Assembly (NCBI GenBank): GCA_021513715.1
Contig: CP084167.1
Span: forward strand, 1,472,001-1,536,000
DNA from: Candidatus Heimdallarchaeum endolithica
GTDB lineage: Archaea > Asgardarchaeota > Heimdallarchaeia > Heimdallarchaeales > Heimdallarchaeaceae
DNA: 64,000 nt
Direction: 5' to 3'
Below, in pieces: positions 56,097-64,000 of this stretch. Below the pieces are notes generated by a model. That model was not told the DNA's origin. It searched no databases and saw only the letters and a program-made list of their open reading frames with translations. Each line of letters starts with the position of its first letter. Within the stretch, counting starts at the first letter, position 1. A program made the translations under genes and the position numbers.

Positions 56097-57341
56097 TTAT
56101 ATAGCCGTTGGAAACTTTGCATAGCTTCTAAACTCTATCCAATCTTCTAAGTGCCTGTTAATTATATTTTCTATTTCATCTTGATCTAGTTTTCTTGCAA
56201 CTGATTCATCAGATGTTAATAAAGCCATAATATATCTTTCATTTTTAAATTCTAGATCTCGTAGTATGAAAATTTCATTTGTTTTTTCTTCATCATCTAG
56301 AACGTATCTTCTTATTCTTAGAAAAGGTTCTCTCATATTTGCTATAGTTTCAATTGCTTCATAGTATGCATTATGGGATAGTTCTTCTAGTTTCTCATTT
56401 TTTGAGTATTGAGCAAAGCAGATATTACTTCTAAAATCATATAAACCAAAGAATTCTGCATTAAGAGTTTCAGCTACTTGTTTTGATGCATTTGCGATAT
56501 AATCTTGAATTAAACTTATGTTTCTAAATATGTGTGAAAAAGCACCTAGTATGGAAGAACGTATATGAACGCTCGTTCTAAAGATTCCTTTTGCTGGATC
56601 AAATGAAGGAACATTAGAATGTAAATATTGCACCATTGAACCAAATATTGAATTAGCTTTTTCACTTAAGACAAAATCAGGGTCAGATTTGTGGAAGAAT
56701 ATAGTCCATGGAACATCTAACCTTAGTTTTTGAGTAACATTAACTATTTGTTTTAAATATTCAAAACTTTCTTCATATCTATCTTCCGCTTGAACATCTA
56801 CCACATAAATAATTGTATCTGTTCCGATAAAATACTGTTCAGGATTATTGAGATAGTCATCTCTGTATATTTTTTGTCCTCCTAATTCATGTAAGTGAAT
56901 ATCAAGACCAAAAACCTCTAACTTTCCACGTAAAAGCCCTCTTGTAGGAGTTAAAGCATTTAACTTCTGGAAAAGCAGAGAAAAAGCTCCTCTGTGTTTC
57001 AAAGCAATGGAAAGTGAGGTTTTTCCTACATTATCTATCCCTGCTAAAATAATTTTAGCTCCTGTGGTTATTTTTTCAGTTTTCTCCACAAGCAAAAGTT
57101 TGCTTGCAGCAATCCAACTATCTATACGCTCTTTTGGAAAAAGTTTTGACAGTTCATTGTAATGTTTATTCCACTCCTTTGCCAATTTTTCAATTGTTTC
57201 TAAACCAAAATTCTCAAGAGACTTAACCTCACTTTCTCTAATATCTAAGAGGGCTATTACTGGTAAATCAGCTAAATTAGTTTCTTTTCTATAATCCTCT
57301 TTTAACAGCTTTTCTTTTATATCTAACACTTTTTTCACCAA
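56097..57341 (-). CDS. Small GTPase (Arf/Rag-like) with N-terminal HhH-like domain and C-terminal roadblock/longin-like domain
   Basis: G1 GIDNVGKT, G2 PTRG, G3 ELGGQ, G4 HKSD and G5 TSV; ~90-aa N-terminal and ~135-aa C-terminal extensions. Confidence 0.85.
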   Translation of the reverse strand: MVKKVLDIKEKLLKEDYRKETNLADLPVIALLDIRESEVKSLENFGLETIEKLAKEWNKHYNELSKLFPKERIDSWIAASKLLLVEKTEKITTGAKIILAGIDNVGKTSLSIALKHRGAFSLLFQKLNALTPTRGLLRGKLEVFGLDIHLHELGGQKIYRDDYLNNPEQYFIGTDTIIYVVDVQAEDRYEESFEYLKQIVNVTQKLRLDVPWTIFFHKSDPDFVLSEKANSIFGSMVQYLHSNVPSFDPAKGIFRTSVHIRSSILGAFSHIFRNISLIQDYIANASKQVAETLNAEFFGLYDFRSNICFAQYSKNEKLEELSHNAYYEAIETIANMREPFLRIRRYVLDDEEKTNEIFILRDLEFKNERYIMALLTSDESVARKLDQDEIENIINRHLEDWIEFRSYAKFPTAI

Positions 57342-57514
57342 ATTCTGCGAAATAATTACACGTAAGAGCGCTTGAAATATAGTTGTCTAACTATCAAAAT
57401 AAGTATTTTGTTTCTATTACTAAGAATATTAAAAAAAAGAGAGAAATAAATTAAGGAAAACAAAAACAATCTAAAAAAAAATAGAACTTACGACGGAAAA
57501 GTTAAAAAGATTTT

Positions 57515-59524
57515 ATGTTTTTTACGGATAAACAGCAACGAATGGAGAAAAGAAAATTGCGTGCACGTAGATTAAACAAAATACTGTTGATTACATTATT
57601 ATTAATTACCACTTTTTCGGTAAGCATATTTGGAAGAGCATATTTTTCTTCAGTTAGTGATTTTGGAAAGACAGACCCAAATTATTCGATAAATAATATC
57701 GTAGCTTTTGACACCAATGAGCCCATAATTGACGGGAATTTAGAAACTTATGAAGGAGAGTGGGCTAATGCTACAGTTTATAGTAATATCATAGATGGGA
57801 TAAACTATACTATTACTTTAAAAGCCAATGAAACTCATCTTTTCTTTGGAATAAGTTATGAAACCAATTTGTTTGTCGAACTTACAGAATCTAACGCAAG
57901 CATCCCTCACACCTGGTATACAATTGTCTTTGATAGCAATTTTGACAAAGAATTTGGAACAGAACTAGTCCCTGAAGACACAATCCTATTTAACTATCAA
58001 GAAAAGGATGCTACAGATGCTACTTTAAACGGAACAGAAACAAATTCATTGACTTTAGATGAAGAACTAGGAGGAGAAGACAATACTGTTGGAGCAATGC
58101 AAACAGATCTTTTTGTTGAAGAATACACAGTAACAATTGAAATAGCTAAAGAATTAAATTCAGGAGATAAAAAAGGAAATGACATATCTCTACACCCAAG
58201 CGATGCAATTCTATTTGCTTTAATTCCATTTGCTAATCATACAAATATATTCAACAATACTGAGGTTCCCACTTTACAATGGAATTCTTTGAGACTAGAA
58301 CCCACACAGGAGTTCTACTCTTATGTAAAAAATACTGAAGATTTATCAGTAGTAACTTATATTACAGATTCAGTAAGATCTAATAAAAAAGATTTTAATT
58401 CAATAGGACACATGTTAGAAGCCTATCAACTAAATTCTCAGTTGGCAGATAAAAATAACTTTGAGATCACAACAGAAAATCTTAACGATGTTGATCTATT
58501 TATTATGGCAGGAAATCAAAAATCTTTAACATCTAGCCAAATTGCAGTATTACGTTCATATTTGACTAGTGGAGGCAGCATACTTCTTATTGCAGATGAA
58601 GTAAAAAATGAGAGTTCAATTAACGAATTATTAAGAATGTTTAATATGGAATTTTACAATGCAACACTTTACTCCAACAATACTGCAATAAATGATTCTC
58701 TTACTTTTGATCAAACAGCCCTTGCACAATTAGATTATCTACAAGAGGATAGCGTATTTACTGAAACTACATTCGACAACGTCTTTTACACAGGTACTGC
58801 AATAAAAAATATCTCAACTTATGGAGAAAATATTTTGTTTGGTCAAGATGCAGACTTATATCCTATTCTTTCCAAAGAAGGAGAATTTTTCATCAATCTA
58901 GGTGAAAAAACAACTTATAATAGTTCAGAAGATATCCCAATAAATAATGCAATATTACAAACTGCTTTAGAACTAAAATATGGAGGAAAAATGATAGTTT
59001 CTGCATCCTCTGACATGTACAATTCTACAAATCTTGTTTTTGGTTCAAATAAAATGTTACTTCTTAAAGAGATTCAGTGGTTACTTAATTTCAGATTTAG
59101 GATAAACTACGAAAACTTTAATGTCCCTCAAACAAAAGTTACAGAAGGCAATCCAATTGAAATGAATATTAGTGTCACAGGAAATAATGATACAGTTTTG
59201 GCAGATGTAGAAGTGCAAGGAAGAGTGCTTGTTCTCAAATCAGTTGTTTCATCTGTTACATTAAATGTTTCAGATAACAACATTGACTTCTATGGACAAA
59301 TTGTTCCAAAAACTAAAGCTTCTTGGGTTGATGTTGAGATACTGATGCATAAGAGAGGATATGGATACAACTACACTGAACTAGTAGAAATTCTAATTGA
59401 GAAACAAATAGAGATTCCAATAGCAATAGATTATGTATCTTTAATAATATTTATAGCTTCAATAGGATTGGCTATAATAGGAATAATAACCCTAAAAAGG
59501 CACAAGATTCGAAAAGAAGAATAG
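57515..59524 (+). CDS. Secreted/membrane-anchored glycoprotein with DOMON/CBM9-like and GIFT/DUF4350 (GATase1-like) domains
   Basis: N-terminal TM; PIIDG...EW...HLFFGI...TIEIAKELNSGD; ITTENLNDVDLFIM...LTSSQIAVLRSYLTSGGSILLIAD...INELL; C-terminal TM with basic tail. Confidence 0.7.
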   Translation: MFFTDKQQRMEKRKLRARRLNKILLITLLLITTFSVSIFGRAYFSSVSDFGKTDPNYSINNIVAFDTNEPIIDGNLETYEGEWANATVYSNIIDGINYTITLKANETHLFFGISYETNLFVELTESNASIPHTWYTIVFDSNFDKEFGTELVPEDTILFNYQEKDATDATLNGTETNSLTLDEELGGEDNTVGAMQTDLFVEEYTVTIEIAKELNSGDKKGNDISLHPSDAILFALIPFANHTNIFNNTEVPTLQWNSLRLEPTQEFYSYVKNTEDLSVVTYITDSVRSNKKDFNSIGHMLEAYQLNSQLADKNNFEITTENLNDVDLFIMAGNQKSLTSSQIAVLRSYLTSGGSILLIADEVKNESSINELLRMFNMEFYNATLYSNNTAINDSLTFDQTALAQLDYLQEDSVFTETTFDNVFYTGTAIKNISTYGENILFGQDADLYPILSKEGEFFINLGEKTTYNSSEDIPINNAILQTALELKYGGKMIVSASSDMYNSTNLVFGSNKMLLLKEIQWLLNFRFRINYENFNVPQTKVTEGNPIEMNISVTGNNDTVLADVEVQGRVLVLKSVVSSVTLNVSDNNIDFYGQIVPKTKASWVDVEILMHKRGYGYNYTELVEILIEKQIEIPIAIDYVSLIIFIASIGLAIIGIITLKRHKIRKEE

Positions 59525-59652
59525 TTGTCACAATTATTTTTTACTTTTTTTACTTTTTAAAAAGCTAGTTTATGTTTTATCTTGGAAACAACTATTTTAA
59601 TGAATAATGATAGTAGGTAAAATTTTTATTTTTATAGAGGATAGAAGAAGTT

Positions 59653-60354
59653 ATGTCAGAAATTCAAAGAAAAATAGATCTGCTCATATCAGAGGCAAAT
59701 GCCCATTATGAAACTAAACGGTATAAGGATGCTGCAAAAACTTTTGCTCATTTAATCGATTTAACATTAAAAAATAACGATCCTGAGGAAGCAATATATT
59801 TTGGTTATCGTGTTGCAGACTGTTGGAAAAAAGAGAAAAATGAATTAAATAGAGCAAAAACCTTCAAACTCATTTCAGAAATAGCTAACTCTTCAACTGC
59901 ATTAGTATCGGAGAGTTATGCAAAAAGAACAAAAAATCTACAAGAAAAGGCAGAATCACTAATTATAGCTGGTGAATCTTATTTCGCTAGTAATAAAACA
60001 AAAGCAAAAGAAAAAATAAAAGAAGCAATAGTTATCCTTGAAACAATAGAAAAAAAGACAACAAAATTGGAAAAGAAAGAAGAGATTTTAAATGAGATAG
60101 TAAAAGCTATCAGACTTACTGGTAATACTAGAAAACTAAAGTCTATTAATACAAAACTAATATCTCTAAAAAAGGAAATAGCCGAGAAAGCTCTAAAAGA
60201 GGGAGGACAAACTAATTTGTTAACTGCACTCCGTGAATTTGAAGATATTATTCAGATTTATGAGGAAAATAAAATCCCAAAAGATAGTGATATAATTTCA
60301 AAAATTAAAATGATCAAACAAAAAGTCGAGGATTATGATCCATTCTCAACTTAG
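59653..60354 (+). CDS. All-helical TPR/alpha-SNAP-like repeat protein
   Basis: Ala/Tyr-patterned helical hairpins such as YKDAAKTFAHL, EEAIYFGYRVADCWKK and AESLIIAGESY. Confidence 0.55.
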   Translation: MSEIQRKIDLLISEANAHYETKRYKDAAKTFAHLIDLTLKNNDPEEAIYFGYRVADCWKKEKNELNRAKTFKLISEIANSSTALVSESYAKRTKNLQEKAESLIIAGESYFASNKTKAKEKIKEAIVILETIEKKTTKLEKKEEILNEIVKAIRLTGNTRKLKSINTKLISLKKEIAEKALKEGGQTNLLTALREFEDIIQIYEENKIPKDSDIISKIKMIKQKVEDYDPFST

Positions 60355-60365
60355 ACTCTTTAAAA

Positions 60366-61370
60366 ATGTTTATAGGAGTTCAATGTCCTTTTGGTTTAGA
60401 ATTGGTAGATAGAAAAATGTTTAATCAGATAGAGAATAAGAGAAGTTTTCTGAAAAATTTACTTAAGTACAAAGAAGTATTTTTTTCACAAATTTTCCAT
60501 ATTTATTCTTATGGTCTATTTTTAGCTATGTATTTATGGTTCGTTTTCTTTGACATTATAGCACTTCATCTTATAATATTCAGTTTTATAGTTGGGTTTT
60601 TAGCAATAGTAGCAGATATTGTAATTTATTATACACTAAAGAATCTTTACTATGACACTTTTGATTTTGGAAAAGTAATTGTAACCTTTTTAGTCTTTTA
60701 CTTATTTCAAATGTCATATTTTTTAAAAGCTTGGTTCAATATTGAGCCCCAGCAATTAATGTTAGGTTACCTAATAGGATACTCTCAATTAAAAATGACT
60801 GGAGTTTTAGCAACGATTCTAAAGTCTGTGGGGTCATTTGCCTTATTATTGTCTTTTATTTCTTGTTTAAATTATTCTAAATCAGGATATAGTAGACTTA
60901 TTCCAGGATGGAATAAAAAAGTTAGTTCAGGAGAATTTATTTTTTTATCTTTTATTGTTGCCACAATCAATATAATTGCTGCGTTACAGATGGCTAGTTA
61001 CATAAAAGATAGAATTATTAATGTGTACATTTTACTAACATTTTTCACTTTAGCAAGCTTATTAATTATTCCAACTTATAAATCTAAAATCAAAATTTTC
61101 TCTGAAGAGTCTCCAGAAACCAAAAAAATGTTACAGATGATCAAAAATAATAAGTCAGCAATTATAATTGATTCTATATTTCTCTTTGCTAGCGACACTA
61201 TTCTTTTCTTTAGTTTCTCTGTAATAGGCCCTTGGGAGGTATTTTCTATCTTATTATCAGCTTCAGTAATAATTAGAAATAGAGTTAGAGCTATTGGTTC
61301 AGTCCAAAGAGAAAGAAAAGAAGAAGAATTAGATTTAATATCCCAGAAATTATTTAACAATTTTAATTAA
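60366..61370 (+). CDS. Multi-pass membrane protein, unknown function
   Basis: About 8 hydrophobic segments. Confidence 0.65.
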   Translation: MFIGVQCPFGLELVDRKMFNQIENKRSFLKNLLKYKEVFFSQIFHIYSYGLFLAMYLWFVFFDIIALHLIIFSFIVGFLAIVADIVIYYTLKNLYYDTFDFGKVIVTFLVFYLFQMSYFLKAWFNIEPQQLMLGYLIGYSQLKMTGVLATILKSVGSFALLLSFISCLNYSKSGYSRLIPGWNKKVSSGEFIFLSFIVATINIIAALQMASYIKDRIINVYILLTFFTLASLLIIPTYKSKIKIFSEESPETKKMLQMIKNNKSAIIIDSIFLFASDTILFFSFSVIGPWEVFSILLSASVIIRNRVRAIGSVQRERKEEELDLISQKLFNNFN

Positions 61371-61438
61371 ATCTGAAAAAATGAACAACTAAAGCAAAAA
61401 ATAAATAGTAAATTATAAGAAAAGACATAAGAATATCA

Positions 61439-61515
61439 GACCCTGTAGCTCAGTAGGATAGAGCACCTGCCTCCTAAGCAGGGGGTCGACGGTTCGAATC
61501 CGCCCAGGGTCGCCA
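61439..61515 (+). tRNA. tRNA-Arg (anticodon CCT), intronless, encoded CCA
   Basis: Acceptor GACCCTG/CAGGGTC, D arm GCTC-AGTAGGATA-GAGC (A20 Arg determinant), anticodon arm CCTGC-CTCCTAA-GCAGG, T arm GACGG-TTCGAAT-CCGCC, then G-CCA. Confidence 0.96.
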
Positions 61516-61600
61516 AGCTTGATTGTTTATTATTAATAAATACTCAACATTTCTTTAAGTTATATATTTATAATATTAAGAAAGAAAGCAGGTAAAAAAA

Positions 61601-62128
61601 ATGCCTTATGACAAAATTCCTGTCTACATTTGTGATTTTCACACATGTAATCCAAAAAAATGTACAGCAAACAGAATACTTCGTTTCAACAAGGCTAAAG
61701 AAATTAAAAAAAGAGAAATTTCTAAATTTCAAATAGTTTTAACGCCCTTTTCAAGTATTGCTCTTTCTCAAGCAGATAAAAAACAAGCTATAAAACATGG
61801 GATAGTAGGCGTTGATTGCAGTTGGAACAACATAGAATCAGGAAAAGAAGCTTTAACTAAAGGAACTGGAAGAGCTTTACCATACCTTGTACCTGCAAAC
61901 CCTATAAACTATGGAAAGCCTACAAAATTAAGTACTTTAGAAGCAATAGCTTCTGCATTAATAATTTTAGGTAATATAAGACAAGCAGAAGAGATTTTAC
62001 AATTAGAGAAATGGGGATCTGAGTTCTATAAAATTAACAAAGAGTATCTTGATCTCTACTCTAAAGCAAAAACAAGCAAAGAAATAGTTCAAATTCAATC
62101 ACAGATTATTTCTAAACTGAGAAGATAA
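61601..62128 (+). CDS. tsr3: rRNA aminocarboxypropyltransferase Tsr3 (DUF367)
   Basis: CNPKKCTA, DCSW, RALPYLVPANPINYGKPTKLSTLEA and KWG..F..IN. Confidence 0.92.
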   Translation: MPYDKIPVYICDFHTCNPKKCTANRILRFNKAKEIKKREISKFQIVLTPFSSIALSQADKKQAIKHGIVGVDCSWNNIESGKEALTKGTGRALPYLVPANPINYGKPTKLSTLEAIASALIILGNIRQAEEILQLEKWGSEFYKINKEYLDLYSKAKTSKEIVQIQSQIISKLRR

Positions 62129-62241
62129 TTCTTTTTTCCATTTGCAAAAATTTCATTGAAATCTAAAATTCAGAAAAATAAGAATATTTTTACAAATAGT
62201 TCTTTCAAAAATTTTTTTAATACAATAACGACAAGTTCTCG

Positions 62242-63363
62242 ATGAAAATAGGATTATGTTTTTTCCCTAAAGTTGGAGGTTCAGGGATCGCTGCAACTCA
62301 ACTAGCTATTGAATTTGCAAAAAAAGGACATGAAGTCGTCATTTTCACATATGATACACCATTCCTACTTAGACAATCAAGACATGAAAATATAAAATTA
62401 ATGCTTATTGATCTTGTTTCGTATCCTCTTTTCAAAGACATAGGATATCCTTACACAATTTCAAGTGCTAGCAAGTTTGTAGAAGTAATAACAAAAGAAA
62501 AACTTGATGTTTTAAACGTACATTATGCTATTCCAGCAGGTGTTTCTGCTTATTTGGCAAAAGAAATAACAGGTATCCCAGTAGGAATCACAGCTCATGG
62601 AAGCGACATTCACATCTTAGGGATTGATCCTGCTTACAATTCTGTTATGAGCCATGTTTTCAAAAAAACTGATGGGATTTCTACTGTTTCAAAATATATG
62701 AAAAAAGAGATCTTCAAAAACTTCTTAGAAGATAATAACAAGATCCATGTTATCTACAATCCGATTGATACTGAAAGGTTCAAAAACCAAGAAGTGATAC
62801 AATGTGACTTTAAAAAGTTGTACAACAACTATTTTATTCATGTTTCGAATTTCAGGAAAGTCAAAAATGCTCCCTTTATCGTAGAAGCTTTTTCAGAAGT
62901 AGTTAAAGAGAATAACGATGTTGGATTAATAATGGTTGGAGAAGGACCTGAAAGGAAAGACTGTGAGATCATTGCAAAAAATCTTGGAATTGAAGAACAT
63001 GTTTTATTTCAAGGAGTTAGATATAACCTTACACCACTTTACAGTTGTTCTTCTGCTTTAATAAGCGCAAGCGAGAATGAAAGTTTTGGTTTAACATTAG
63101 CTGAAGCGATGGCTTGTGAAACGCCTGTTATAGCTTCAAGAGTCGGAGGAATACCTGAAGTTGTAAAAGACAGAGAAACAGGTTTATTATATGATTATGG
63201 TAATAAAGAACAACTAGTGAAACATATGTTTACATTATTAGAAAATAAAGAATTAGCTAAGAAAATGGGTTTAAAAGGAAGAAAAAGAGTATTAGAGAAC
63301 TTCAGATTCGACAAAATTGCAGACCAATATATAAAATGGTATGAAACTCTAATCAAAAGATAA
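62242..63363 (+). CDS. bshA: GT4 glycosyltransferase, BshA-like (N-acetyl-alpha-D-glucosaminyl L-malate synthase)
   Basis: MKIGLCFFPKVGGSGIAATQLA...GHEV...PF, YPLF..YP, HYAIP, HGSDI, HVSNFRKVK and ESFGL...EAMAC. Confidence 0.82.
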   Translation: MKIGLCFFPKVGGSGIAATQLAIEFAKKGHEVVIFTYDTPFLLRQSRHENIKLMLIDLVSYPLFKDIGYPYTISSASKFVEVITKEKLDVLNVHYAIPAGVSAYLAKEITGIPVGITAHGSDIHILGIDPAYNSVMSHVFKKTDGISTVSKYMKKEIFKNFLEDNNKIHVIYNPIDTERFKNQEVIQCDFKKLYNNYFIHVSNFRKVKNAPFIVEAFSEVVKENNDVGLIMVGEGPERKDCEIIAKNLGIEEHVLFQGVRYNLTPLYSCSSALISASENESFGLTLAEAMACETPVIASRVGGIPEVVKDRETGLLYDYGNKEQLVKHMFTLLENKELAKKMGLKGRKRVLENFRFDKIADQYIKWYETLIKR

Positions 63364-63400
63364 TTTTCTAAGTTGATTTTCACTTTTTTAGGGAAATCAA

Positions 63401-64000
63401 CTAGATATGAGTATTTAAGAATTGAATCCCACCTACAGGAGAGTATTTTGAATATTGACGTTTATAAGCTCTTAAATAATCTGACAAACCAGTTATACTG
63501 GCTAGACAGAACCAAGGATAACTAACTTCTTGCCAAGTTTTTTTACTATTATACATTCCCCATTGCCAAGATTTTAATAAGGAAACTTTTGAAGTTGGTG
63601 ATTCATTCACTTTTTTCATTTTTTCTAACTTTTCAAGTATCAGAGTTCTAAGATTTTTTGCATTTTCAAAAAGTCTGTCTTTTTCATTTTTCCTCTTCGC
63701 TTTTGACATTTGCCCAAGAAGTTTAAATAATTCTGGTTTAATTAAACTATATTCACCCAATTCTGGAGAGTTACTCATTTCTTCTATCCAATTGGAGTTA
63801 TAGACCATTCTTGTATATTTTAGTAATATAGGAAATCTCACGCCCACACGTCTAATTGCAGGGATAACCTGAGCATTATAATTTATTTCACCAGGTCCAG
63901 AAACTCTCAAATAAACAGGCATGACAGATTGAAATGTTGCTTGATTTGTATCTAATCTTGCTGCTAGATTTTTTGCATAGGGATCTAAATTCAATTGCTC
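63401..64000 (-). CDS. bshC: C-terminal part of a BshC-like bacillithiol cysteine-adding enzyme (5' end outside window)
   Basis: The frame is open to the window end. FQSVMPVYLRVSGPGEINYNAQV...VGVRFPIL resembles the BshC Q..LP.....GPGE..Y.AQ......P motif and is followed by a coiled coil and WQE; adjacent to bshA. Confidence 0.7.
   Translation of the reverse strand, partial: EQLNLDPYAKNLAARLDTNQATFQSVMPVYLRVSGPGEINYNAQVIPAIRRVGVRFPILLKYTRMVYNSNWIEEMSNSPELGEYSLIKPELFKLLGQMSKAKRKNEKDRLFENAKNLRTLILEKLEKMKKVNESPTSKVSLLKSWQWGMYNSKKTWQEVSYPWFCLASITGLSDYLRAYKRQYSKYSPVGGIQFLNTHI

Noticed and set aside
61487-61505. A-C mismatch in the tRNA T-stem as a sign of a pseudogene or integration site
   Set aside because: It is a single mismatch with all other arms and CCA intact; no duplicated 3' end or integrase is seen in the window.
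3803-63383. Short antisense or overlapping ORFs in the track (e.g. 4910..5242, 17143..17409, 34090..34398, 38469..38852, 52936..53400)
   Set aside because: They lie opposite or inside well-supported genes, and their F/S/I/L-rich composition is the shadow of K/E-rich sense codons.

Overview
AT-rich archaeal chromosomal segment with no mobile element, CRISPR or rRNA seen. The housekeeping genes are archaeal: TFB, archaeal AlaRS, ArgRS, KEOPS genes kae1/bud32/cgi121, XPD, DinB, PriL/PriS, HAN-type RecJ-like nuclease, AMP phosphorylase, Tsr3, SepF, GlnA and tRNA-Arg(CCT). They sit among many eukaryotic-signature-type proteins: roadblock and longin domains, a longin+DENN/folliculin-like protein, a Rag-like GTPase, an Rpn11-like JAMM protease, a winged-helix-repeat RING protein, a Site-1-protease-like subtilase and a eukaryote-like primase. 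This combination points to an Asgard archaeon, probably Heimdallarchaeia (inference). The most notable observations are: (i) a locus at 43.4-51.0 kb with a tail-anchored JAMM protease, an atypical kinase, a thioredoxin-fused protein, two unannotated Cys-rich microproteins, a tandem-repeat protein and three adjacent paralogs sharing an unnamed roadblock-like domain; (ii) an 8x winged-helix protein ending in a GATOR2/MIOS-like ZnF-RING module, apparently starting at a CTG codon, next to glnA; (iii) scattered components resembling the eukaryotic Rag-Ragulator-FLCN-GATOR2 machinery; (iv) bacillithiol genes bshA and bshC. All family calls come from motif recognition by eye; no searches were run.
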